Numbered from the stretch's first letter, positions 48,471 to 59,162 are shown. The stretch is 64,000 nucleotides of DNA from Planctomycetota bacterium (GCA_965223265.1 OZ244999.1:5216001-5280000), one strand, 5' to 3'. Numbers and translations: made by a program. The notes: generated by a model not told the origin, from the sequence alone.

Positions 48471-50096
48471 TTACCCTGAGGCTCCGATGTCTCGAGCGGA
48501 GGCATCCTCGGCTGGCGGCGCGATCGAGAATCGCACAGTCGGGTAGGGAACTCTCTGAGCTCTAAGCAGGCCGGCGATCAACAGCGCGACGGCCACCACG
48601 CTGAACAAGACCTGAGCGATGGCGATGATTGGAAAGCCGAAGAGCTCAAACTGGACAGGAGAGTCGTTGTAGTCTTGAGGATGCAGCGAGCTCCAAAGGG
48701 TGAAGGCCGACACATAGTAGAGCGTCCAAATCGCATCGGGCTGCTCGCTCAAGGAGAAAATCACGGGCAGCAAGAGCGTGATCACGAGCACGAAGATCAT
48801 CGTCAGCCGAGCGTAAAGTGGGCTGAAATCGCACACGCTCAAGAAGAATCCGGCCGCAGCGAAAGCTGACAAAACGATTGGCAGCGTCAGCAGAGACTGC
48901 ACGACAGCGTGAGCGTCGACATCCGATGTGTCGGGATCTACGATCCGCCACAGAGCGAACAAGCCGCCACACGTCAAGAAGAGAACCAAGACGCTGTAGA
49001 CGAAACCCCAAAAAGCCCCTGGGGCGAAGAGGCGTAGTGGATACTGCCAACGCGCCAGTCGCATAAACGTTCTCTGATTGCGCCTCGAGACATCCGCATC
49101 CTCCGTCGGAAAGATCCAGGCGACAAGTAGCAGCAGCGGCGCGGTGAGAAGAATGACAGACTGCGGATTCCTCAAGGTGCCGGCGCTCACGACCCACTCA
49201 AGCCATGCCCAGCCGCCGATCAACGTGGGTACCGTAAGCAAAGTGAGGACTCGAAGCGCGCTCGCCTTATTGTCGGAGGACGGTTTAACGCGGTTCTCCG
49301 TAATCACAAAGAGATACGCGAACACCGCAATGAGAAGAGCGAGACCAACGAAAGCGACCGTCCGGAACCCGACCTCACCGAACTGCGAGACGTCGAGCAG
49401 GAAGCGAACGATCGCAGGTCGTTCATCGACGTTTGTCGTTGAGAAATAGAAGAAACCAAAGATCGCGGCAACCGACATCATAGAAATGTACACCGAGATC
49501 ACCGCGCGAACATTGTTCCGCACACACGCTGAGACGCACACACCGAGCATTGACACGAGGAGCGTCGCCGCAAGGAGCAATACGTACGCGAAAAACGCCT
49601 CGGCAGGTGTAACACCGCCAAAGAGGAATGCCACCCCCATCAGCGGGATACTCGCAAGCACGTACATCAGGCAGTAGAAGGTCGCCGAGAGGAACTTACC
49701 CCACACGAGCTCGCGCGGCTTCAGTGTCGTCGTCAGCAGTAGATCCAGAGTGTGACGCGTGCGTTCATCGGTGAATGAAGTGGCGCTAAACGCCGGAAAG
49801 ACGAACCAAATGACCAGCAACTGCATCGAGAAGAACGTCGAGAAGAGCCCTTGGCCAATCTGGGCAGGCGTGACATCAGGCTTTTCCGCCTCAGTCGCGA
49901 CGAGGACAAGAACGACAGCGCCAAGGGCGCAAAGACAAAGCGAGTGCGCCAACACAAACCGCTGACGGCGAAAGTCGGCGCGCAACTCGCGCCATAAGAT
50001 CGGCCAGCCGAAGTTTCCCAGCGAACGCGACAACGCGCGCCTCAGTGTGCCCTTTTTTCGTGGGTTGGTTTCTACTGCTGCCGCCTGTTCGTTCAT
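48471..50096 (-). CDS. ABC-2 type permease, multi-TM
   Basis: PILWRELR, ERTRHTLDLLLTT.L.P.E.V.GK and many TM helices. Confidence 0.85.
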   Translation of the reverse strand: MNEQAAAVETNPRKKGTLRRALSRSLGNFGWPILWRELRADFRRQRFVLAHSLCLCALGAVVLVLVATEAEKPDVTPAQIGQGLFSTFFSMQLLVIWFVFPAFSATSFTDERTRHTLDLLLTTTLKPRELVWGKFLSATFYCLMYVLASIPLMGVAFLFGGVTPAEAFFAYVLLLAATLLVSMLGVCVSACVRNNVRAVISVYISMMSVAAIFGFFYFSTTNVDERPAIVRFLLDVSQFGEVGFRTVAFVGLALLIAVFAYLFVITENRVKPSSDNKASALRVLTLLTVPTLIGGWAWLEWVVSAGTLRNPQSVILLTAPLLLLVAWIFPTEDADVSRRNQRTFMRLARWQYPLRLFAPGAFWGFVYSVLVLFLTCGGLFALWRIVDPDTSDVDAHAVVQSLLTLPIVLSAFAAAGFFLSVCDFSPLYARLTMIFVLVITLLLPVIFSLSEQPDAIWTLYYVSAFTLWSSLHPQDYNDSPVQFELFGFPIIAIAQVLFSVVAVALLIAGLLRAQRVPYPTVRFSIAPPAEDASARDIGASG

Positions 50097-50111
50097 AGGA
50101 AAACGACGTCG

Positions 50112-51107
50112 CTACTGAACATCACCTTTCGTCAACTCGAGAAAAAGGTGTTCAAGATTGCGGGGATTGTATTCGACGGAAAGGACCTCAACGCTGCGCT
50201 CGACCAGCACCTTAAGCACGAGGTAAAAGTCGTGGGGAGATCCGAAATAGTCAAACTGGACACGGTGGCCAGAAACGATCACAGACCCGACCGACGTCAA
50301 CTCGCCAAGAACCGCTTCGACCTCAGCGTTACTTCTAGAGAGTTCGATGCGAACCACATCGGCGGCCTGATTCTTCTTTTGCAAGTCGCCAACCCGCCCC
50401 GAGCCGACGAGCTTGCCCTTCTCGATGACTGCGACCGAATCACAGACATCGGAGAGCTCTGTGAGGATATGACTTGAAATGATGATCGTCTTCCCCATCG
50501 ACCGCAGCTCTTTCAACAGCTCACGAAATTCAATGCGGGCACGAGGGTCGAGTGCTGACGCAGGTTCATCGAGCAGTAAGACCTCAGGGTCATGCACCAA
50601 TGTCTTCGCCAGGCAGAGCCGCTGCTTCATTCCCTTCGAGAGCTCGCTCACCAGGCGATCTTTCAGGTGCAACAAATCCGTCAATGCCATCACGTCTCGC
50701 ACGGTCGGCTCGCGCAATTGTCGCGGCAGCTGATAGGCACCGGCGAAAAACTCGAGGTACTCCTCAACAGTATTCCCGTCGTAGACACCAAAGTGGTCAG
50801 GCATATATCCGATGAGGCGCCTGACCGCGATGGTATCGTTCTCCACGCAAAAACCGTCCACCAGGACCTGACCGCCGCTCGGCTCGATCAGCGTCGCGAT
50901 CATCTTGAGCGTCGTGGTCTTACCCGCGCCGTTCGGCCCAATGAACCCGAAGATCTCGCCGCGATGGACTTCGAATGAAAGTTCGTCAACGGCGCGAAGA
51001 TCGCCGTAATGTCGCGTCACGCCGCACACCTTAACGATGGGGCTCTGGCGCCCCGCGTCCACCGCGATGCTCGGCTGAGCAGGATTGTCGAGTTGTTTCT
51101 CTACCAT
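50112..51107 (-). CDS. ABC transporter ATP-binding protein
   Basis: GPNGAGKTT, LSKGMKQR, LLLDEPASALDP, SSHIL. Confidence 0.95.
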   Translation of the reverse strand: MVEKQLDNPAQPSIAVDAGRQSPIVKVCGVTRHYGDLRAVDELSFEVHRGEIFGFIGPNGAGKTTTLKMIATLIEPSGGQVLVDGFCVENDTIAVRRLIGYMPDHFGVYDGNTVEEYLEFFAGAYQLPRQLREPTVRDVMALTDLLHLKDRLVSELSKGMKQRLCLAKTLVHDPEVLLLDEPASALDPRARIEFRELLKELRSMGKTIIISSHILTELSDVCDSVAVIEKGKLVGSGRVGDLQKKNQAADVVRIELSRSNAEVEAVLGELTSVGSVIVSGHRVQFDYFGSPHDFYLVLKVLVERSVEVLSVEYNPRNLEHLFLELTKGDVQ

Positions 51108-51202
51108 GAAGCTGTCACGCAACGATTGTCGCACGTTGCTTGCGGTACGGATGGCGAGCGATGGTCGCGCCGATCCGCCACAACTGAATGGCGTGAGGCG
51201 CC

Positions 51203-53350
51203 TTACCGATAAAGAAGATACAAGTCAAGGCGCTCACGCAGATTCGAGTTCCACTCGCGGTCGTAGTCGACATCATTACGTTCGAGAAGCGCAGTCAGCA
51301 CATGCATTCCTTGCATTGAACGCAGCGCTCGAGGAAGTGACGCGACCCAATCATGAGCAGGCTCGTCATCCGGCTGGGCGGGATCGAGGTCTACGTCGAT
51401 GCTTTCACCTGCTGCTATCGGCGGCAAGATGAAGGTACCCCGGCGGTGACGATAGACACCGCCCTTGACGTTGTGAGGTAGACGATTCGTCAAACGGACA
51501 GCGAGACGTGTACGTCCGCCAAAACCATCAGCAGGCGCGGCGCCTGGCCCCCCGCGCGACGGCGCCTCCGGATCACTGGGCGTCGCGACTTCAACCTCGA
51601 TGCCATCGCCCTGCAAAGCAAGCGTCCCCGAATTCACGACGTAGCCTTCCTCCCACTGATCAAGGTGAAGGTTCCGCAGCTGCGTGCCGCCGTCCGGGAG
51701 GTCGTGAAGGACGGTAGGCTGCATCGCCTCCTCGTTCGGGAAGATGGGCCGGAGCAGCGTCCCGCGAGGCGAACTCACGGCGTAATCCGCGATACCGCCA
51801 GAAAAGATTGCGAGATAACTCTCCTTCAGAGCGACCGCCTCGCCCCGCCTCTGCGTAAGCATCGTCCATTGCCGCGCCTTCGTAATGGCGCCTTTCGAGA
51901 CATACCCGGCCAGGAGAATCACCCCAAGGTAGAGACAAACGACGAGTGGTTGCAGCCAGGTGATCCAGGGCAGTCGATTGATTCGCTTAAGCGCGAGAAA
52001 AAGGCCAGGCCCCACCAGCGCGATGTAGACAACCACAAGACCGACGATGAACGGGAATCCAATATCACGCGTTGAATCCTTCAGGACGTCGACCAAATCA
52101 GGCCGAAGCGCCACCGCGGTGTTAGCAAGGATGTGCGCTCGCGAGCTGCGCTCGACCGTGCTGAGAACGCCGGTCCAAATCTCCCGCAGCATCGAACCGG
52201 CGTTGGCCTTCAGCGCTGCTGAGTCGTCGAACGTGAGGACTCCGACTCGGCCGACTCCATAGGGAACCTCGACGTACAGGCGGTGTCGCCCCTCTGGGAG
52301 ATCGTCAACTTTGCGCAGGCTCGAACGCCGTTGGGCAGACGAACGCTCGCGCGGCGCCGCAGAGTAGATCTCCTGCGCCCCGTCACCCTGTACGGGATCG
52401 ATGATTTCGACGTTCTTCCACTCGCGACTCTTTCTTGCGTCAACGAGGATCGATTCTGAATAATCTCCCTGGACAGGGTCGTTTGGCCGTAGCGTGCCGG
52501 ACGCACGACGGATCTCCTCCAGCACCGTCAAAGCCTCTGTGCGTGGATCGCGATACCGCTCGCCGAGAAACTCTTGCGCGATACGCCCCCGCACCAGAGC
52601 GCCACGCCCCTCTGAGACGGTGAAGATGAGCACACCTCCTAGCGCCACCCACTGGCGCAGGGCGCTGAGCTGCTCCGCTTCGAGGCGGTCGCCCCCGAAA
52701 TCACGCACCACTAAAACGTCGATGGCCTGGTAGCCAATGATGTCGTCGGGTAGTTGCCCAGCCTCACACTGGTCGAAACAGAGAGCTTGACGATAACCCT
52801 GTCGGACAAACCACGAAGGCAACGGCAACGGCTGCAGAAGATTCGTCCCCACGTATAGAGCTGTCGTCAGCTGCTGAGCAGAATCGCCCAAAGGCGGATC
52901 GGTCTGGCCAACGTTAACGTCTATGACGGCTTCGTCGCCCACCAGCACCCGAAGTCCGATGCGATGGCTCCGCTGTGGCAGCGACCGCACGTAAAACCAC
53001 TCACGTCTTGACGCCCCCGGCGAAACTTCCACGTCGCGTCGCCACGTGAAGGGATACTCCCCTGTCGCCTTTGACTCGTCCACGGACTCGGCTCGCACCT
53101 CGAGCGTCACCGTCGCCGGTATAGAACCTTCGGCCTGAAGCTCAATGCAGATCGGCAGCCAGCCGCCCTGAGCTCCCAGTCCCTCCTGTGCGATCCGTCG
53201 CGGGAACCAAACGTCGAGCAACTGCACCGGCGAGCGCTTCGGGGTCCCGATCGCGTCGCCGGCGCCGCTGGCCGGATCGCCTTGTGATCTGACAACTCCT
53301 CCGCTGACCAGCAGCAAAACCGCCGTCGACACCCATTGCCCGTGCGTCAT
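51203..53350 (-). CDS. Membrane-anchored accessory protein with a glutamine-amidotransferase-like domain
   Basis: Signal-like N-terminus, LP...GYQAIDVLV, Q..ALRQWV..GG.L, YG.GRV, and a TM pair Y..LVGP...W...P. Confidence 0.65.
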   Translation of the reverse strand: MTHGQWVSTAVLLLVSGGVVRSQGDPASGAGDAIGTPKRSPVQLLDVWFPRRIAQEGLGAQGGWLPICIELQAEGSIPATVTLEVRAESVDESKATGEYPFTWRRDVEVSPGASRREWFYVRSLPQRSHRIGLRVLVGDEAVIDVNVGQTDPPLGDSAQQLTTALYVGTNLLQPLPLPSWFVRQGYRQALCFDQCEAGQLPDDIIGYQAIDVLVVRDFGGDRLEAEQLSALRQWVALGGVLIFTVSEGRGALVRGRIAQEFLGERYRDPRTEALTVLEEIRRASGTLRPNDPVQGDYSESILVDARKSREWKNVEIIDPVQGDGAQEIYSAAPRERSSAQRRSSLRKVDDLPEGRHRLYVEVPYGVGRVGVLTFDDSAALKANAGSMLREIWTGVLSTVERSSRAHILANTAVALRPDLVDVLKDSTRDIGFPFIVGLVVVYIALVGPGLFLALKRINRLPWITWLQPLVVCLYLGVILLAGYVSKGAITKARQWTMLTQRRGEAVALKESYLAIFSGGIADYAVSSPRGTLLRPIFPNEEAMQPTVLHDLPDGGTQLRNLHLDQWEEGYVVNSGTLALQGDGIEVEVATPSDPEAPSRGGPGAAPADGFGGRTRLAVRLTNRLPHNVKGGVYRHRRGTFILPPIAAGESIDVDLDPAQPDDEPAHDWVASLPRALRSMQGMHVLTALLERNDVDYDREWNSNLRERLDLYLLYR

Positions 53351-53369
53351 GACAAAAGCGAGATTCCTC

Positions 53370-53996
53370 TCACGATTCCTCGTCAGATTCCTCAATCTCG
53401 CGGCGGCCGTCCAGCGCGTCCGCGACGATGTTTTTAGCAACATGCTCCAGCCGGGCTCCGCTCGGCACACCTCGGGCGATACGAGTCACTCTCACATTTC
53501 TAATACCACCCAGACGCTCGTGCAAGAAAAGCGCGGTCCCTTCGCCTTCGAAGGTCGGATTCGTCGCCAGGATCACTTCGCGAATCTCGCCACCGCGAAG
53601 GCGTCTCAACAATGCATCGACGGTCAGCGCATCGGCTTCGACTCCGTCGAGCGGAGCATAGGCACCGAGCAGCACGTGGTAGACGCCGCGGAATGACCCG
53701 CTGGCCTCGATCGCCATCAGATCCTTCGGCTGCTCCACGACACAGAGCGTCTGCCGCTCTCTCGAGTCGTCTTGACAGATCGCGCATTGATCGCTCTCGG
53801 TGAGGTTGAAACAGTCACGACAGTGGCGCACGTTCTTTTTGACGTTACGAATCGCATCCGCAAGTCCGAGCGCTTCATCAGCAGGCGACCGCAAGATGAA
53901 ATAAGCCAACCGTTCGGCTGTCTTGCGTCCGACTCCGGGAAGCCGCTCAAGCTCCGAGATGAGAGTCTGTACCGTCTTGGTGTATGCGTTCACCAT
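53370..53996 (-). CDS. recR: Recombination mediator RecR
   Basis: LPGVGRKTAERLA, C..C...C..C zinc finger, CVVE, YHVL.G, EVILATNP..EGE.TA. Confidence 0.97.
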   Translation of the reverse strand: MVNAYTKTVQTLISELERLPGVGRKTAERLAYFILRSPADEALGLADAIRNVKKNVRHCRDCFNLTESDQCAICQDDSRERQTLCVVEQPKDLMAIEASGSFRGVYHVLLGAYAPLDGVEADALTVDALLRRLRGGEIREVILATNPTFEGEGTALFLHERLGGIRNVRVTRIARGVPSGARLEHVAKNIVADALDGRREIEESDEES

Positions 53997-54041
53997 GTCA
54001 ACACCGCAGAAATTGGAAAACGGACACACATACGGAGCTTT

Positions 54042-54368
54042 TCAAAACAACCCTGGGAACGCGCTACTGAGCCCGCCCGTGGCCTGGTCGAACTCCTCCC
54101 GCATCAAGCTCTTCGACTTCTCCAGCCCCTGCGAGATCGCCGCCAGGATGACATCTTCCAACATCTCGACGTCGCTCTCGTCCGATGCTCCGGTGACAAG
54201 TGCAGGATCGATAGACAACTTCACCAGTTCTTGTTGCCCGTTGAAGACGACTCTGACCCGTCCAGCCCCCGCCTCCGTCTCGATAAAGCGCTCCCGAAGG
54301 TCATCGCCGACGCGCTCCATATCCTTCCGCATGCGCGCCGCTTGTTTCATGAAATCATTCGTAGCCAT
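54042..54368 (-). CDS. ybaB: YbaB/EbfC nucleoid-associated protein
   Basis: MKQA..M, AGAG.V.V..NG, IDP, DVEMLED.I.AA; located between dnaX and recR. Confidence 0.93.
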   Translation of the reverse strand: MATNDFMKQAARMRKDMERVGDDLRERFIETEAGAGRVRVVFNGQQELVKLSIDPALVTGASDESDVEMLEDVILAAISQGLEKSKSLMREEFDQATGGLSSAFPGLF

Positions 54369-54637
54369 AGCCTCTCCTTCGTGTGCATTCCGCTCTGCTG
54401 TCTGCAAATCCACCCCAGTGTAGAAAAACCGCGCCGAACCTTCACCCCAGCGGCGGCAAAAAATGAAGAGTTGAACGTCGAGGAGTGGGTCAGTAGCGAC
54501 GCTGGAGACGAGGCCGTCGGTGCCACAGGCGTTCTTGCCGCCACCTGCTCACACGCCGCCACAGGCCAACCGAAACGGTTCTCCACCGCCATTGTGGCAC
54601 GCATTCTTGAGCGTTGTTGCTGCGGGCGACTCGGGCG

Positions 54638-56761
54638 TCAAATCAAGCGTCCGTTGAACAGTTTCTTCGCCTTCTCGACGAGTTCGGCGCCAGCAACCGA
54701 GGTCGCAACCTGCGCGCCTGCGTCAGCCCGATCATTGTTCGCCGCGTCCGCGCTCGGTGAACTCGAGGCGGGCACCTCCAGACCGTTGGTCGCGCTGCCG
54801 TGCACGTCGCCACTGGTGGTGACGGCGCTCTCCTCTTCGACCTTTGCCACACGGAGCTCCCACGGCTCGCCTGTGACGTCGCGAATCAAATCCCGGAGAA
54901 CCCCAAAGCTCGCGCCAGAGCGCAGCTGCTGGTAAAAAAAATCGTTCGAGATCTCGAGAACGGCGGTGCCAGCGCTCAGCTGGCTTGCATCAAGTCGTGC
55001 GCCGGCGAGGAGCGGAGCGACCCGCGGGGCTCCTTCGCGCAGCTCGATCTGGATCTGATCCCAGAGAGCGAGCAAACGCTCGGCGCCGCAGGCCGACTCG
55101 GCCTGCGGAGGCGCCGCGGAACGGGGCGGAGGTGGCTCGACTGCGGCGGAAACCGGAGCAATCTCACCGTCAACTCGAGAGGCGAACCGCTCCGGCGCCG
55201 CTTGCAGCTCAGCCGGTACAGTCTCAGTGATCGTCTCCGGTGCGGTCTCAGCCGGCACCGTCTGCACTGACACCGTCGTCTGCACTCGAGCCATCTCAGC
55301 CGACACCGCCTCGTCGACAGCGGAAACGGCTTGCGGTGAGCCGCCGTCGCGCGACGGCCCCGCCGTTCGCGCCTCCGGTTGAGCAGACGAAGATGACGGC
55401 CGCACCTGAGGCGTCGGCGGCGAACTCGCGCTCGGCTCGTGCGATGGCATCTCGCGAGCCCTCGCCCCTGGCCCGCCCGCGGGTGGGGGTGCGTCTGTGT
55501 GCGGCGCCGACGGTCGCTGCGAGAATCGCTGCCCCGCACCCCTTGCCTGCGATCGCGACGCGAGCACCACGTCGGGGCCCAAACCGCCATCGATCTCCTC
55601 GCCTGAGCTGAGTCGATCGATCAACTCGTTGAGAACTGATCCGTCCTCCAAACGGGTCGCCTTGAGGAGAGCGATTTCCGCTGCGACCTTCGGATATGCA
55701 GATATACGGAGGCGCCCCGCAGCTTCGACGACGATCTGTAGAGCCCCGAGAAGACGGTCGACATCGCCCTCCGTAACCGAAGTTTCAGCTCGATGGTTCT
55801 CTTCAGGCGCTGCGGCGGCCTGGGACGCACCTGGGCTGACTTCGAGCGCCCCGTAAAGACACGCCTGCAGCCGCTCAACCATCTGCTGCAGAAGCACTGC
55901 GGGATCGGCACCGCGGGCAAAGCAGTCTCGCGTTGTAGCCAACACCGAATGCGTGTCACGTCCAACCAGCGCCTCGACCAAACTCGACATAGCGGCTTCA
56001 GAAACTCGACCGGTGATGCGTTCGAGATCCTCTTCCTTGAGCACCGCGTCCGAGTAGGTCAACAGTTGATCGAGCAAGGTCTGAGCGTCCCGCAGCCCCC
56101 CGCGCCCTTGTCGCGCCACAGCGTGCAAGAGCCCGTCCTCGGCTTGACGCCCCTCCATCTCCAGAATCTGCTGCAACCGACGTGCGATCGCCGTTTCGTC
56201 GATGGGATGGAAGTCGAATCGTTGACAACGACTCAGAACGGTGTCTGGAATCCGATGAGGCTCCGTCGTCGCGAAAAGAAACTTCACATGCGCTGGGGGC
56301 TCTTCGACTGTCTTCAAGAGCGCATTGAACGCCTCTCGCGTCAGCATGTGGACTTCGTCGACGATGAACACCTTGTACGGTGAGCGGGCCGGCGCACGGC
56401 TGACGTTTTCAATGATGCCGCGCACGTCTTCGATGCCGCGATGGGACGCAGCATCCATCTCGACAACGTCGATGTCCTGACCGCAGTGGATCGCGTCACA
56501 GACCGTGCAGGTGTTGCAAGGCCTCGCCCACTCGTCCTCTGGGAGATCACGGTCCGCGGCCTCCGGACAGTTAAGCGCCTTGGCGAAGATGCGCGCCATG
56601 GACGTCTTGCCAACCCCGCGCGGACCAGTGAACAGGTAAGCGTGAGCGACGCGCCCATGAATAATCCCGCCGCGAAGCGTTTCAGCGACCGACTCCTGCC
56701 CAACCACTTCGTCGAACTGGCGAGGACGATATCGTCTGGCGAGAACTTGATAGTTCGTCAT
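54638..56761 (-). CDS. dnaX: DNA polymerase III subunit gamma/tau
   Basis: YQVLARRYRP, GPRGVGKTS, EMDAAS, DEVHML, FNALLKT.EEPP, SRCQRF; Pro/Ala-rich linker. Confidence 0.97.
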   Translation of the reverse strand: MTNYQVLARRYRPRQFDEVVGQESVAETLRGGIIHGRVAHAYLFTGPRGVGKTSMARIFAKALNCPEAADRDLPEDEWARPCNTCTVCDAIHCGQDIDVVEMDAASHRGIEDVRGIIENVSRAPARSPYKVFIVDEVHMLTREAFNALLKTVEEPPAHVKFLFATTEPHRIPDTVLSRCQRFDFHPIDETAIARRLQQILEMEGRQAEDGLLHAVARQGRGGLRDAQTLLDQLLTYSDAVLKEEDLERITGRVSEAAMSSLVEALVGRDTHSVLATTRDCFARGADPAVLLQQMVERLQACLYGALEVSPGASQAAAAPEENHRAETSVTEGDVDRLLGALQIVVEAAGRLRISAYPKVAAEIALLKATRLEDGSVLNELIDRLSSGEEIDGGLGPDVVLASRSQARGAGQRFSQRPSAPHTDAPPPAGGPGARAREMPSHEPSASSPPTPQVRPSSSSAQPEARTAGPSRDGGSPQAVSAVDEAVSAEMARVQTTVSVQTVPAETAPETITETVPAELQAAPERFASRVDGEIAPVSAAVEPPPPRSAAPPQAESACGAERLLALWDQIQIELREGAPRVAPLLAGARLDASQLSAGTAVLEISNDFFYQQLRSGASFGVLRDLIRDVTGEPWELRVAKVEEESAVTTSGDVHGSATNGLEVPASSSPSADAANNDRADAGAQVATSVAGAELVEKAKKLFNGRLI

Positions 56762-56789
56762 GGAGGCATGCGCTCGGCACGCGTGAAAA

Positions 56790-56873
56790 GGAGCAGTGCA
56801 CACAAGGAGACATCAAGAGGGCTGCTACCTTTCGGTCCTGACCCGCTGCTCGAGCACCCTGTTGCGCTGCTCC
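56790..56873 (-). ncRNA. ffs: Small bacterial SRP RNA (4.5S)
   Basis: The minus strand reads GGAGCAGCGCAAC...GGGTCAGGACCGAAAGGTAGCAGCCC...GTGTGCACTGCTCC: helix 8 motif with a GAAA tetraloop, closing stem GGAGCAG/CTGCTCC, and the usual position upstream of dnaX. Confidence 0.92.
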
Positions 56874-57256
56874 AATCTCTTCGTATTTCTCTCTTCGTAT
56901 TTCGATCTCGTCGGATTGCAATCCGTCTTGCCGCCGCTCGAAGTCCGAGCGCCGGCTGGGCGCAAAAACGCCGCGAGGTGCCGTCAGCGGCCCGAGAGCG
57001 ACACGCCAGCCATGCAAGAGGAGGGATTGTAACACCGATCCTGAAAGCGAGCAACAGAGCGGCGGCGGCGGTAAGTTTGATCCGTACGGGTCGGGCAGCA
57101 CCCTCGATCGGCATGACGATGGAGCGCGCCAGCCGCAAAAACGAGAGCGACGCCCGGCCGCGTCATATTCCACGGCGTGAGAAAAATGGCGCCATCGGCA
57201 CACCTCGGATCAGGGCGTCGGAATCAAGCGGTCCTCCGAATCCGGCAGCGCCTCCA

Positions 57257-57272
57257 CGGCACGCCCTTTGCT
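57257..57272 (+). promoter_or_regulatory. Putative sigma54 -24/-12 promoter (cytochrome c-CBS-CBS unit)
   Basis: CGGCACGCCCTTTGCT = GG-N10-GC, close to TGGCACG-N4-TTGCW. Confidence 0.65.
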
Positions 57273-57445
57273 TGTACTTTCACCGCTAACCCAACTCACC
57301 GTAGGAAACCGAGGTCGTTGGCGCGGCGAGCCACCACCAGCCTCGACGCGCTGGCTTCGGTTTCCTTCTCGGCGACCTCCCTTGTCGCAGGGGCGCCACG
57401 AATTGGTTCGCGACGAAGCACCCAAGACGCTCACGGAGGTGACGC

Positions 57446-57907
57446 ATGAGGCATTCCATATCGGTAGGACTCATTGCCTTGCTGGCCGCAGCTGCCCTGG
57501 CGACAACCTCGGGATGTGATCCGGGCAGGCGTCAGGCCAAGGGTTTTCGCCTACCAGAGGGCGACGTGGAGCAGGGGAAGGCGACATTCGTCGCACTGGG
57601 CTGCAATGGCTGTCACACCGTCGACGGCGTCGAGCTGCCGCAGCCGTCGGGAGAACCTGCGGTCACGGTCGCGCTCGGCGGCGAGGTCGTTCGCGTCAAG
57701 ACATACGGCGAGCTGGTGACGTCTGTCGTCCACCCGTCCCACAGCCTAGCACCAGGTCATCCGAAAGAGAAAATCCAAATCGACGGCAAGTCGATCATGC
57801 CCGATCTCACGGGCGCAATGACCGTGCGTCAGATGATCGACATCGTCGCGTTCCTACACTCCCGATACAGCGAAAAGCCCTACTACACGGATTACTACTA
57901 CTACTGA
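57446..57907 (+). CDS. Monoheme c-type cytochrome lipoprotein
   Basis: Signal/lipobox ATTSG-C, GD...GK..F...CNGCH, distal S.MP, and a C-terminal YYTDYYYY. Confidence 0.88.
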   Translation: MRHSISVGLIALLAAAALATTSGCDPGRRQAKGFRLPEGDVEQGKATFVALGCNGCHTVDGVELPQPSGEPAVTVALGGEVVRVKTYGELVTSVVHPSHSLAPGHPKEKIQIDGKSIMPDLTGAMTVRQMIDIVAFLHSRYSEKPYYTDYYYY

Positions 57908-57971
57908 CGGCGCTAGCTCCGGAGACGTCTCATCGCGACACGCTGAGCACGACACGTAGGAGTCTGAAACC

Positions 57972-58595
57972 ATGTCGACCAACGAATCGCCCCTGGCGAC
58001 AGACTGGCTGCCAGGAATCGTCTTCGTCATCTGCTTCGCGTCAGTTTACGCGTGGTGGCGACATCGCCAACGTCGCACAAGGCACGCAAGCGATCAACTC
58101 TCCCCAAGGAACCAGCGCATGGGATTGCAGCGAAACCTCTTTGAACGCCCCGTGAGCGACCTGTCTCTTCGACCGGCGATTGTGGTGTCGCCGCAGACGA
58201 CACTGGCTGAAGTGGTCGACCAGATGAAACAAAAAGACTTGGGCGGCGTTGTCGTCGTGGACGATTCGTCAAACACTCTCGGCGTCTTCACCGAGAGCGT
58301 CCTCGTTCGTCTCCTCGCCGAGCACCAAGGTCTTCCCGCCGGCCCCGTGTCTCAGTTCATGGACACAGACTACGCGAGGACGCGAACGACCGATCGCATT
58401 GCCCATGTCATTCGCGCGATGCGGGAAAAGGACACTCGCTTTGTGTGCGTAACAGACGGATTCGGCAAGCCGGTCGGCCTTACCGGCCAGCGCGGCATCG
58501 TCGAATATGTCAGTGAACACTTTCCGCGTCACGTCCAGAAGATGATCTCACGTGTCGGCGAGAAGAGTTATCCAAACGCTCGGGAAGGAGCCTAG
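57972..58595 (+). CDS. CBS-pair protein with an N-terminal TM helix
   Basis: TM GIVFVICFASVYAWW; GGVVVVD...GVFTE, RFVCVTD..GKPVG. Confidence 0.8.
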   Translation: MSTNESPLATDWLPGIVFVICFASVYAWWRHRQRRTRHASDQLSPRNQRMGLQRNLFERPVSDLSLRPAIVVSPQTTLAEVVDQMKQKDLGGVVVVDDSSNTLGVFTESVLVRLLAEHQGLPAGPVSQFMDTDYARTRTTDRIAHVIRAMREKDTRFVCVTDGFGKPVGLTGQRGIVEYVSEHFPRHVQKMISRVGEKSYPNAREGA

Positions 58596-58601
58596 AGATT
58601 A

Positions 58602-59126
58602 ATGTCAGCTGAGGATCGCAAGGAACCTGGGAGCGACGGCGCATCAAGCGAGTTCGCGGATCCACTCGCTGACTACGACGCCCCAGTCGCCTCCTGCCCC
58701 CTCGAACAAGCACTCATCGACGAAAACGTCACCGCGATGGAGACTCAACCCTACACTGCGGTGACGAGCCGGACATCGATCGGCGAAGTGATCAACATTC
58801 TGGCGCAGAACGAGATTGCCTGCGCCCTGGTAACGGACGATGAGCATAGGCGCCTTCTCGGCATCGTCACCGAACGTGACATCTTGAAGAAGGTCGCTGC
58901 GGACTACGAGCGACAAAGCGAGCGCGCTGTGTCTGAAATCATGTCGTCGCCGCCAGCCTTCGTCTACGCCACAGAACCCTCGGCGGCGGCGCTCTGCGTC
59001 ATGACGCTCGGCGGGTACCGGCATGTACCGGTGCTCGGCGAGCACGATCAGGTCGTCGGCATCGTCAGCCCACGCCGGGTCGCGGCGTTTCTCCTCGATC
59101 GAGGCAGCCGCGACGAAGAAGCGTGA
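58602..59126 (+). CDS. CBS-pair protein
   Basis: LLGIVTERDIL, V.EIMS..P, GGYRHVPV...VVGIVS. Confidence 0.88.
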   Translation: MSAEDRKEPGSDGASSEFADPLADYDAPVASCPLEQALIDENVTAMETQPYTAVTSRTSIGEVINILAQNEIACALVTDDEHRRLLGIVTERDILKKVAADYERQSERAVSEIMSSPPAFVYATEPSAAALCVMTLGGYRHVPVLGEHDQVVGIVSPRRVAAFLLDRGSRDEEA

Positions 59127-59162
59127 CCCGGCGAACACTCCACCTCGTTGGCGGTGACAACG

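Noticed and set aside
54934-54941. T8 run in the dnaX coding strand as a tau/gamma slippage site
   Set aside because: It lies at about codon 608, far beyond the usual gamma boundary, encodes a plausible DFFY, and has no evident stimulatory element. Not excluded, but unsupported.
57187-57398. Possible 6S RNA, tmRNA or second SRP RNA
   Set aside because: Pairings exist, but there is no SRP helix-8 motif, no tmRNA tRNA-like 3' end and no clear 6S central bubble. The region is better explained as a promoter plus leader.
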